This document shows, one piece after another, positions 1 to 8,022 of a DNA stretch of 64,000 bases (position 1 is the stretch's first letter; each line of letters begins with the position of its first letter). Under the pieces are notes generated by a model. It had not been told where the DNA came from. It was given only the letters and a program-made list of their open reading frames with translations, and searched no databases. Location: assembly GCA_041737385.1 (NCBI GenBank), contig JBGSRU010000001.1:3539-67538 (forward strand), read 5' to 3'. The DNA is from Candidatus Saccharimonadales bacterium (GTDB lineage Bacteria > Patescibacteriota > Saccharimonadia > Saccharimonadales > SZUA-47). Made by a program: the position numbers and the translations under genes.

Positions 1-40
1 TGGCAGCAATGATAGTAGAGCTCGCTAGCTAGCTAATTCC

Positions 41-934
41 TTAGGAATTCCGTTGTATAAATTCGGCGATGCTTTTTACTGCTTCTCTGGATTCAGGAAT
101 ATATTTTGTCATCATGTGCCATACATGCCACATATCTGCTGGCGCAAATAGCTCAGATGTGCCGCCTGAATTCTGTATTTTTTCGTGCATACGAATACTA
201 TCACTATACAAAAGCTCTGATCCAGACACATGCAGCAGGACCGGTGGCAATCCGGTGACATCTGCAAATAGTGGAGATATCCTAGCATCCTTTTTATCGT
301 GTTCACCGGCATAGGCATCAAGGAAAAACTCTAGCTTATTTTTAGTTAACATCTGATCTAAGGTTTTATTGTGTTCAATAGAATGCCCCGAAAACGTTCC
401 GTCTAATGCTGGAGCAATTGAGACAATACACTTTGGCATTGATAGGCCTCTGTCTCGGCGTGTAATAGCTACTGACAACACCAAATTACCCCCTGCCGAA
501 TCTCCAACCAGCGAGTACTCTTCATCAACAGCATCTAGTACCGCATCGACGTCTTCGAGCGCTGCCGGGAATTTATCTTCGGGTGCAAGCCTATAGTCGA
601 TCGCTATAATAGTCGCCTGTGCTTGCTTCGAGAGCAGACTTAACATATGCATATGTGCATTGTTCCCGCCGTAAACGAACCCACCGCCGTGAGCGTACAC
701 TATTGTTCTCTGGGGGCTCTCGCAGTTGACCACTATATCTACTGGGATTCCACCCAAAGTGTCCCTTTTAGTTCGTGTGCCTGCTTCTGGCTGCATAAAG
801 CGTCCAAGTCGATAAAATCCTAGGCGTCTCTCTGCTAGATTCTCTAAGCTAGGTTCGTGACGAACAAAATCGCCCAGCCCAACAAGTCTTCTCATCACTG
901 ATGCTTGTATACTCATATCAAAATATTGTACCAA
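41..934 (-). CDS. alpha/beta hydrolase fold-3 esterase/lipase (hormone-sensitive-lipase-like)
   Basis: 297-aa ORF; oxyanion-hole motif YAHGGGFVYGG and nucleophile elbow GDSAGGN. Confidence 0.8.
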   Translation of the reverse strand: MVQYFDMSIQASVMRRLVGLGDFVRHEPSLENLAERRLGFYRLGRFMQPEAGTRTKRDTLGGIPVDIVVNCESPQRTIVYAHGGGFVYGGNNAHMHMLSLLSKQAQATIIAIDYRLAPEDKFPAALEDVDAVLDAVDEEYSLVGDSAGGNLVLSVAITRRDRGLSMPKCIVSIAPALDGTFSGHSIEHNKTLDQMLTKNKLEFFLDAYAGEHDKKDARISPLFADVTGLPPVLLHVSGSELLYSDSIRMHEKIQNSGGTSELFAPADMWHVWHMMTKYIPESREAVKSIAEFIQRNS

Positions 935-967
935 AAAATGGAGTTCGATTCACCGAAACTATCTATG

Positions 968-1771
968 TTAATCACGTTTTGCTACGTCACTAATCGTCTG
1001 AACAGCAGCGACGTTTCCATGTTCATTGATCATACCTTGGGCATCATAGCCCTTATTAATAACTGCTGTGATTTGGTCTTCAGGTAACCCGCTTTCCCGA
1101 AGCTGTACTCTTATCTCACTAGCTATATTCCCAGCTAAGTCAACAAGGTTCGTCGCTGACTGAATAGCAGGAACGAGCGTTTCCCATTCAACGTTAAACC
1201 TATCTATATCAGTCTTATCCGTAATACCGAACTCTACTTTCGTATCTTCATCTAACTTCCCTAGTCGAGCAAATTCTAGATAACGCATCGTTTGGGCTGG
1301 TAAAAATCTATGCGGTAGCGCACCTCCATGAATTTTAGTGTCATCAACACCTTCTGGGTATCGAACTGCACCATTTATAAAGCCTATTTCCCTGTCAATT
1401 GGGGCTTCCCACTCTTCTCTTAATCCTTCAGGTAAGTGTAGTCGCACAAATCTATCGAACTGGTTTTTTGTTGTATAACTATCGTAGGTTGAGTCCATAC
1501 CTTCCTCTCCTCTTAAACTTGCAAGTTGTTCAGTGACACCGCAAGCATGCGCGGCTCCAGCTATTGCTACCATATCAGGAGTTATCTCATCAGGAGCTGG
1601 ATAGCCATTCGTCATAATGTCTGCGAGTGTTGCTTCTCTGTTTCTACCATTCCATGCATGTAGTTTTTTAAGTGCACTGAACTCCGCCCCCGTAGCACGA
1701 CTATCACCAAATTGCTCAGGATTAGAGGCTCTAAAGGCTACAGAAACTTGTTCGGCATACAATGCTTGCAT
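968..1771 (-). CDS. hypothetical protein
   Basis: 267-aa uninterrupted ORF, no motif recognised; the antisense ORF is only 60-65 aa. Confidence 0.45.
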   Translation of the reverse strand: MQALYAEQVSVAFRASNPEQFGDSRATGAEFSALKKLHAWNGRNREATLADIMTNGYPAPDEITPDMVAIAGAAHACGVTEQLASLRGEEGMDSTYDSYTTKNQFDRFVRLHLPEGLREEWEAPIDREIGFINGAVRYPEGVDDTKIHGGALPHRFLPAQTMRYLEFARLGKLDEDTKVEFGITDKTDIDRFNVEWETLVPAIQSATNLVDLAGNIASEIRVQLRESGLPEDQITAVINKGYDAQGMINEHGNVAAVQTISDVAKRD

Positions 1772-1845
1772 ATTAACATATTATATCATTTTTATATATT
1801 TAATACAAGCATGATAGTGTAAGAGCTCATGTTTTCTATGTAAAA

Positions 1846-2349
1846 CTAATTAACTGCAATAACTAACTGGCCTTCCATGCCCTGTGAACGGTGGCTTCCA
1901 ATGCTACAGTAAAATGCGAATGTTTGACCGGCTGCATCTTCAGGAATAGTAAACGTCACGCTATCTGTGTCGCTTCCGGCGATTGTTTTGCTTTGTACAT
2001 TTAGCTCATCAATGACGAAATCATGCGAGCCGCTTTCAACTGATAGATTAACCGTGACTGTATCACCAGGTGCAGCATTTATAGTGTCCCGTGAAAACTC
2101 GAAATTCTTTAATGACAAATCTATAGTCATATCGGCGTCTTTCATCATCGTGTCATCAGAGTCTCCAGATTTTTCAATAGCCTCCATAGACTCAGACTCA
2201 GAAGCTTCTCCAACTGTAACTTGATTCGTCGCTGAAGAGTCTACTTCCGCATTATCTTGTGAATCATCGTTACTTGTCAGCGCATAAGCACCAACTCCCA
2301 ATACTCCAACTACAACGAGTGCGATTAGTATTCCAACTGTTTTATTCAT
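1846..2349 (-). CDS. membrane-anchored cupredoxin (type-1 blue copper protein)
   Basis: N-terminal TM helix, acidic linker; copper-ligand pattern SGSHDF ... FYCSIGSHRSQGMEG (His, Cys-x4-His-x4-Met). Confidence 0.7.
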   Translation of the reverse strand: MNKTVGILIALVVVGVLGVGAYALTSNDDSQDNAEVDSSATNQVTVGEASESESMEAIEKSGDSDDTMMKDADMTIDLSLKNFEFSRDTINAAPGDTVTVNLSVESGSHDFVIDELNVQSKTIAGSDTDSVTFTIPEDAAGQTFAFYCSIGSHRSQGMEGQLVIAVN

Positions 2350-2449
2350 CCTTGAGCTCCTAGCTATTTTGTATTACTAGTACAGTATACCGTTTGCGGT
2401 TAGCTTATCTCATATTTATGCTCAGCTCTGAATAATGGCTAATGGCTTC

Positions 2450-3418
2450 TTATCCTCGATAGACAAGAAATCCAATATAGCTGGCATATAAGAGCAAGAA
2501 TAAAACACCTTCTATTCTGGTGAGGCGATGTCTTTTGCCCAAAAACATCACTAGAAACAAAAGCAATGTAGCGCCGACGGCGACAAGCACATCTATTGAG
2601 GCTGCTGAGTTAAATGGTAGCTGTAGAATTGTCCCTGATAGTCCAAGAATCCAAAAAACGTTGAATATATTCGAGCCAACAACATTTCCAATTGCTATAT
2701 CTACTTGGCCTTTTCTGGTTGCGACAACTGAGGTTGCAAGCTCCGGTAGCGACGTACCAATTCCGACAACTGTTAGTCCAATAAGCGACTCACTAAGGCC
2801 TGCTGACTTCGCAATAGCAACTGCGGCCGTCACTAATAATTGTCCACCACCAATTAGTCCGCCAAGCCCCAAAACAATCATGCCGACCGACATCCATAAA
2901 CTATATTCTTTTATTTCTTCTTCGTCGGCAACTCCTTTGGCTTTATCAGCCCTTGCCATACCGACGATATAGAACATGAATATTGCCATCAGTGACATCA
3001 ACACTATGCCGTCAGAGCGTGAAATTGCGTTTGTCATAGTACCGTCAATAAGCACATCATTACCCATAACAAACACGAGACTTATACCTAATAGCGCGAG
3101 TGGTATCTCTTTCCAAACGGTAGAACTTTTGATTGATAGTGGTTTAATAAGCGCACAAATACCGAGAATAAGTAGTATGTTAGCAATGTTGCTCCCGATA
3201 ACGTTACCGATTGCGAGATCAGGTGAGCCGTTAATGACTGAGGCGATGTTCACTGTTAGTTCCGGTGCAGAAGTACCAAAAGAGACTACCGTCAGCCCTA
3301 TAACTAGTGCTGGGATGCCTAGTTTAGAAGATATTGAAACAGCTCCGCGGACTAGTGTCTCAGCAGCCGCTATTAATACGACTAGCCCCACGATGAGGAA
3401 CACTATATTAGTTATCAT
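2450..3418 (-). CDS. Ca2+/Na+ antiporter, CaCA (YrbG-like) family
   Basis: 322-aa polytopic protein with the two alpha-repeat signatures GNVIGSNIANILLILG and GNVVGSNIFNVFWILG. Confidence 0.85.
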   Translation of the reverse strand: MITNIVFLIVGLVVLIAAAETLVRGAVSISSKLGIPALVIGLTVVSFGTSAPELTVNIASVINGSPDLAIGNVIGSNIANILLILGICALIKPLSIKSSTVWKEIPLALLGISLVFVMGNDVLIDGTMTNAISRSDGIVLMSLMAIFMFYIVGMARADKAKGVADEEEIKEYSLWMSVGMIVLGLGGLIGGGQLLVTAAVAIAKSAGLSESLIGLTVVGIGTSLPELATSVVATRKGQVDIAIGNVVGSNIFNVFWILGLSGTILQLPFNSAASIDVLVAVGATLLLFLVMFLGKRHRLTRIEGVLFLLLYASYIGFLVYRG

Positions 3419-3460
3419 TTTTATTCATTTTAGTTGAATTAATTATATACTGCGCTCAAC

Positions 3461-3494
3461 AAAAAAACCATCAATAGAATGGTTTCTTATTTTG
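3461..3494. terminator. bidirectional rho-independent terminator-like hairpin
   Basis: aaaccat-caataga-atggttt stem-loop flanked by an A-run and a T-run, downstream of the 3580..4299 gene; flanks resemble the tRNA-Asp terminator at 5028-5062. Confidence 0.45.
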
Positions 3495-3579
3495 GTAGGC
3501 CTTGAGTCTGGAGATATGGAACTGTTTTAGTCGTCAGAATCCCATAGTCACCAAGACCTAAGTAGGTATGAACAGGCGC

Positions 3580-4299
3580 TTAAACTGGAGTCCTTGCCTG
3601 AGGGGGGTCGTAAGGAACCTCGTTCCGGACTGCAGCATAGTTGATGAAGGCTTGATCGCCCTCACCATAAGAATCTAACCTAATGGTATCAAGGTACAAA
3701 TTATCTGCTGCGATTGACTCCGGCTTTGCTCTATCAAGCACTAGCACCCCACCTGGCTCAAGTGTTCGTGGGGCCTCATCGCTCACAAACCTTGACTCAG
3801 CATCAGGATGTAGTGCGATAGAATACAGTGCGCCAACACTGCCATCTGGTATCGGAAGAACGGTTGCATCACCTATAAAATCGACGTTGTCTCTTACCTG
3901 AGTCGTATCCCAGCTACCGGGTACGGGCTCGGTTTTAAAATCAGCTCCTATAGGTCGCCAAGTGCGAGGTGACGGGGTATCGTCACGATGAGTAATAAAC
4001 TTACGCTCACCAGTTAGGCGGCGTTTATAGGCTGTTCTAATCGTTTCTGGTTGGTAGTGGTTCGAGGTTAGCAGACGCTTATTAATCCCGCCTAATTCTA
4101 AGAGGGAGTCTCTAGGCCTAGGACTGCTAGGCACCGCCCCTACCTCTATAAAAGGTCCTTGAGTGGCATCTATGAGTGTCTCAATAGATGGCCCAACTCT
4201 CATTTTTTCAAACAGCACTCGTGCGGATATTCGTCCAGCTTTAGTTCTGCGTGGCTTGGTTTCTTCTTGATGCTGTAGATGGTTTGGACTATTTGGCAT
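3580..4299 (-). CDS. class I SAM-dependent methyltransferase-like protein (degenerate motif I)
   Basis: C-terminal half reads like a Methyltransf_11 fold: FIGDATVLPIPDGSVGALYSIALH ... LEPGGVLVLD; the N-terminal half is unrecognised. Confidence 0.4.
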   Translation of the reverse strand: MPNSPNHLQHQEETKPRRTKAGRISARVLFEKMRVGPSIETLIDATQGPFIEVGAVPSSPRPRDSLLELGGINKRLLTSNHYQPETIRTAYKRRLTGERKFITHRDDTPSPRTWRPIGADFKTEPVPGSWDTTQVRDNVDFIGDATVLPIPDGSVGALYSIALHPDAESRFVSDEAPRTLEPGGVLVLDRAKPESIAADNLYLDTIRLDSYGEGDQAFINYAAVRNEVPYDPPQARTPV

Positions 4300-4427
4300 T
4301 TCTGTTTCTGACTAACATAAAATATATTAGCATAAAAATTGTAAAAAGTCAATATTTCGCGGGCTATAGAGTCAGATTTTAGAACTATCTGACCAATAAG
4401 GTCAGCTCCATGTCCCCTGACTTTCAT

Positions 4428-4859
4428 TCAGAGGACTAGCTGTAGCTCAGAAACAAGTACATCCATCGCTGTGCTGGTCATCGGTATATACCCCATGCCT
4501 CTAGACTCGTACACTACCCCTGCTAAGTCCAAGAGATGTCTCTCAAGCACCGAATCACCAGCTCTATCGACATTTAGATGGCCTATTCTACATATATCTT
4601 GTGTGCCGCCAGCTGCTAGTTCAATAGTGGTGGGCATACCACCTTCGTCTACAAAACCACTAAAGACCCTGATATTACGCATACTGCCCCATTCACCCCT
4701 AATTTCCCTAGTGTAGGGTCGTTCTTCATCATGATCTACTAAATCTGGATCAATTTCTTCTAAGCCAGGCTCTTGATTGGCTAATGACCTTAGCACAGTC
4801 AGCCTATGCATATTTTCAAAACTAGGTGTCCAGTCACTCATATAAAAAACACTATACAA
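4428..4859 (-). CDS. hypothetical protein
   Basis: 143-aa ORF, no motif recognised. Confidence 0.45.
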   Translation of the reverse strand: MYSVFYMSDWTPSFENMHRLTVLRSLANQEPGLEEIDPDLVDHDEERPYTREIRGEWGSMRNIRVFSGFVDEGGMPTTIELAAGGTQDICRIGHLNVDRAGDSVLERHLLDLAGVVYESRGMGYIPMTSTAMDVLVSELQLVL

Positions 4860-4884
4860 CTTTAGTCATATAGTGTCAATATAC

Positions 4885-4904
4885 TGGCGGGCCCGACCGG
4901 ATTT
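4885..4904 (-). repeat. exact 20-nt copy of the tRNA-Asp 3' end (T-loop/acceptor/CCA)
   Basis: tggcgggcccgaccggattt is identical to 5063-5082, 178 bp away in direct orientation. Confidence 0.85.
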
Positions 4905-5027
4905 CGCTTTGCTTGAACGTCAATAAATTTCTTACATGCTAAGAGGTAGCATGACAAAATTTTTGTCTGTAGACCCGACGCCGCTTTGCGGCTATGCCGG
5001 TTCTTAATCCGGATCGGGTTCGTTAAA

Positions 5028-5062
5028 ATAAAAAAACCACCATAAAGGTGATTTTCTTATTT
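5028..5062 (-). terminator. rho-independent terminator of tRNA-Asp
   Basis: Minus strand: aatcacc-tttat-ggtggtt hairpin followed by a U-run, directly after the tRNA CCA. Confidence 0.5.
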
Positions 5063-5139
5063 TGGCGGGCCCGACCGGATTTGAACCGGCGATCTCCTCC
5101 GTGACAGGGAGGCATGTTAGGCCACTACACCACGAGCCC
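5063..5139 (-). tRNA. tRNA-Asp (GTC)
   Basis: Hand-folded 77-nt cloverleaf: acceptor GGGCUCG/CGGGCCC, anticodon stem CCUCC/GGAGG, loop CUGUCAC, T-loop UUCAAAU, discriminator G, encoded CCA. Confidence 0.9.
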
Positions 5140-5519
5140 GCATTTTTGTTACCAAGGCGTAACAAAAATTTGTCACGTCTTGAAACTTCGATAATATTAC
5201 CATCTTAAGGAGTTAAAAGCAACAATTGAAACCAGATTCTCTGTAGCCAATCAGCATAAAGCAGGAAAACCGATGAAAAATCTAAAATAATGTCGAGTCA
5301 TTTTCGAGGCTTGGCAAAAATCTTTAAATAGTTACTATATTTTTTGCCCGACCAGAGGGAGTTCCGGAGAAACAATGTTATTTTTGATTTATCAATAGTT
5401 GTTATTCTTGCCCGCTGTTGCTTCTTTGCATACTTTCTAGTCAATACAAGAATGTATGTTAGGGCGTGGGACGAAGTAACCCACAATATTTGTGTAGCGA
5501 TGAAGGGCTACAAACTTCA

Positions 5520-6587
5520 CTACTCAGGCAATGATACATAAAGTCGATATGGCTGGCTATCTTTTCGATCATTCAAACTAGCTGCAAGGTCTTGAAGCCT
5601 GAAGATGATGTGCGCACCTCGTGCACCGCTTCCCTTCTTTTCTAGATTCTTTACGATCTCTAGTGCATAGCCGTTTTCGTACGGGATAACATTGATCCCT
5701 GAATATTGTCCCTCCGACAAACGAAGCAATGTATCGACTGTTTGTTGAGAAACATTACGATTAGTCGGATCTACTTCTCCAAAATCACCGCCAGTTTCTT
5801 TTGTTATTTCTTCATCAGAGTATTCTGCAACTATTTCACTAAACTCAGCTCCTGCTTCGAGTTTTGCAAGCGCTTGCTTAGCGCGGTTTTCCGTTGTCGC
5901 GTCTAGTGCTCGAGTAACTTTTTGCACTAACAATTCGTTAGACAGACTTCTCCTGAAATCGCTAATAGACCAGTTCCAATAGTTGCGGAGTACGTCTTCA
6001 AATATTTCCTCGCTACTTCCGAGTCGTTTTTGCTCTCTGGCAATCCGAATTTGCTCATCAATTTCTTCACTCGATACGGTAACGCCGTTTTCTTCAGCAA
6101 GTATTTTGGTATATGCAAAGTTCACGACATCATCGAGAGCGCGCTTTTTATAGCTTGCGAGCTGAGCCTGCCCAGCCTCTGTCTCAAAACTAAGCTGTTG
6201 TTGCGTTTCGTAATAGTGGATGTAATGCCGAAGTTCAAATAAATAATTCTCATATGCAACAAATGTATTCCCAGTGCGGGCGACTGGGAAAGGTAGGACT
6301 TTTGTCACTTGATACATGAAACCGCTTGAAGTTTGACGTCTGTAGAGCAAAAACACTGTAGTAGTAGCGAACACAAGCACTGAAGCAATAGCGAGAGATA
6401 TAGACAGTATGACAATACGATGTTTTGAGTGCTGAAGTGGATATATATATTTTCGAGCACCGGACAGAATCACCTCTCGGTGTTCGGCAACATTATCGTT
6501 CGTAATACGTGGGACAATGCCGTTTTCAGCTTGCTCTTTTTTTAAGCTGCGTTGTTCTCTAAGCGCTTGGATTTTTTTCTTTACCAC
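5520..6587 (-). CDS. membrane-anchored parvulin/SurA-like peptidyl-prolyl isomerase (PpiD/PrsA-like)
   Basis: N-terminal TM helix, long helical chaperone-like region, then a parvulin-like stretch AKLEAGAEFSEIVAEYSDEE..TGGDFGEV. Confidence 0.5.
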   Translation of the reverse strand: MVKKKIQALREQRSLKKEQAENGIVPRITNDNVAEHREVILSGARKYIYPLQHSKHRIVILSISLAIASVLVFATTTVFLLYRRQTSSGFMYQVTKVLPFPVARTGNTFVAYENYLFELRHYIHYYETQQQLSFETEAGQAQLASYKKRALDDVVNFAYTKILAEENGVTVSSEEIDEQIRIAREQKRLGSSEEIFEDVLRNYWNWSISDFRRSLSNELLVQKVTRALDATTENRAKQALAKLEAGAEFSEIVAEYSDEEITKETGGDFGEVDPTNRNVSQQTVDTLLRLSEGQYSGINVIPYENGYALEIVKNLEKKGSGARGAHIIFRLQDLAASLNDRKDSQPYRLYVSLPE

Positions 6588-7135
6588 TATGTTTCCTGTT
6601 CTTGTTGTTGCTGACTTTGCGGAGCTGAACTAGCGTTTGTTGCATATCCACGTGAACGCAATATGCCGAGTAGCTCGTGTTGTATATGTGCAGGTTTATG
6701 GACGTCATGAATACTTAGGTTGCCAACAAAAGTCTGCACTGTTATTGTACCAAAACCAAGCAACGTTTCTTGTATACCTTCCACTTCATAATTAACCATT
6801 TGTATCTGATTGAGTGCAAGGTCTATGACTTTTTTATTGAAAAACCCTTTTTGCGTGCTTTGGATAAACCGCTGATCAGTAACTATATAGACACTGAAAT
6901 ACCAATACACCCATGATGGGAATGCAACTAGTATTCCCAGTAAGAACCCTCCACCTATCCCGAAATAGAAGTAATTCAACTGCGCGTTAGGCAAAAAAGA
7001 TGGAATTGTACCGACAAGTACTGCAATCATAAAATAGATTAGACCTCGACGCATCACAACCGGATGCTTACGAAAGACGAATAACACTTCTTCGTCGTCG
7101 TACTGACCTCTAAATTGTTTGTTGTTTTTTGCCAT
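6587..7135 (-). CDS. membrane protein with bacterial PH-like (YdbS/YdbT-type) domain
   Basis: 182 aa, two TM helices followed by a beta-rich domain; overlaps the downstream gene by 1 nt; assignment is by general resemblance only. Confidence 0.35.
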   Translation of the reverse strand: MAKNNKQFRGQYDDEEVLFVFRKHPVVMRRGLIYFMIAVLVGTIPSFLPNAQLNYFYFGIGGGFLLGILVAFPSWVYWYFSVYIVTDQRFIQSTQKGFFNKKVIDLALNQIQMVNYEVEGIQETLLGFGTITVQTFVGNLSIHDVHKPAHIQHELLGILRSRGYATNASSAPQSQQQQEQET

Positions 7136-7169
7136 ATGCTCTATTTTACGCTAATGGTTTCATAAGTTC

Positions 7170-7194
7170 TAATTGGTGACCTGGGAAGGAGTCG
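7170..7194 (-). repeat. exact 25-nt copy of the tRNA-Arg 3' end plus 5 flanking nt
   Basis: taattggtgacctgggaaggagtcg is identical to 7362-7386, 192 bp away in direct orientation. Confidence 0.85.
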
Positions 7195-7330
7195 CTCACG
7201 CTAGCGCGAGCCCGAAAATACATGACTTTAAAACAAGTTTTCATCAGTATGTTTCCTTGCAAACTGTCACTGGCAGTTTTCACCTTCAACCTATAAAGGT
7301 TTTGACCGACGTCTTCCCGCATCACCTTAT

Positions 7331-7362
7331 AAAAATACCACCTTCAGGGGGTGGCGTTTTTT
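7331..7362. terminator. bidirectional terminator-like hairpin after tRNA-Arg
   Basis: ccacc-ttcaggg-ggtgg stem-loop with T-runs on both strands. Confidence 0.5.
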
Positions 7363-7365
7363 AAT

Positions 7366-7441
7366 TGGTGACCTGGGAAGGAGTCGAACCTTCAACCTTT
7401 TCCTTAGGACGGAACTGCTCTATCCATTGAGCTACCAGGCC
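7366..7441 (-). tRNA. tRNA-Arg (CCT)
   Basis: Hand-folded 76-nt cloverleaf: acceptor GGCCUGG/CCAGGUC, D arm GCUC-AAUGGAUA-GAGC, anticodon loop GUCCUAA, T arm GAAGG-UUCGACU-CCUUC, encoded CCA. Confidence 0.85.
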
Positions 7442-7477
7442 AAAAGCGCCACAGTGTGACGCCCATGATAGAAGCTG

Positions 7478-7936
7478 TTAGTTGTGGTTTTCGTAAACGT
7501 GCATAAACTCTGACTTATCGTAGTCAAACAGTTCGTCAGCATTGAAGAAACGTGCTACTTCAGTCATGCCATTCTCAGTACTATCAGAAGCATGTACAAG
7601 ATTTCTACCCGTGTCCATCGCCATGTCACCGCGAATCGTTCCTGCTTCTGCTTGTCGTGGATTAGTAGCTCCTAAAATAGTACGTATTGAGCTAATACAC
7701 TCCTTGCCCTCAAGCGCCATTGCAATGACGGGAGAACTTTTCATGAAATCTTCAACTCCTTTATAAAATGGTTTATCAGCAATATGTGCATAGTGTGCTT
7801 GCAGCATTGCGCTGTCTAAGCTCATCATTTTCATACCGATAATTTTTAAGCCTTTTTTTTCAAAACGTGTAACAACTTCGCCCGTTAGGCCTCGTTGGAC
7901 TGCGTCTGGTTTTAAAATTATAAGTGTTCGTTCCAT
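7478..7936 (-). CDS. ndk: nucleoside diphosphate kinase
   Basis: MERTLIILKPDAVQRGL..., catalytic-His region NLVHASDS; 152 aa. Confidence 0.9.
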   Translation of the reverse strand: MERTLIILKPDAVQRGLTGEVVTRFEKKGLKIIGMKMMSLDSAMLQAHYAHIADKPFYKGVEDFMKSSPVIAMALEGKECISSIRTILGATNPRQAEAGTIRGDMAMDTGRNLVHASDSTENGMTEVARFFNADELFDYDKSEFMHVYENHN

Positions 7937-8022
7937 GTGTGATAATTCCTATTTATTACTCTCAAGTATAGCAAACTAACAGATATACGAGAAGTGTGGA
8001 GAACGTCGCACAATAAAGTAAT

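Noticed and set aside
3493-3558. Third tRNA or tRNA pseudogene (9-bp terminal helix ending in CCA, followed by a terminator)
   Set aside because: It is only ~66 nt. No D arm, anticodon arm or T-loop (UUCRANY) can be drawn. It is kept only as a possible decayed tRNA-end relic.
5330-5400. SRP RNA / tRNA-like fragment (gcccgaccagagggagttccggag)
   Set aside because: The similarity to the tRNA-Asp 3' end is limited to 8 nt. No SRP domain-IV motif or stable helix is present.
7173-7364. 63-aa plus-strand ORF between the tRNA-Arg 3'-end copies
   Set aside because: It has no SD, fills exactly the structured inter-repeat segment and has an odd composition, so it is more likely non-coding. The same reasoning applies to the ORFs at 5298..5486 and 5344..5541 in the tRNA-Asp upstream gap.
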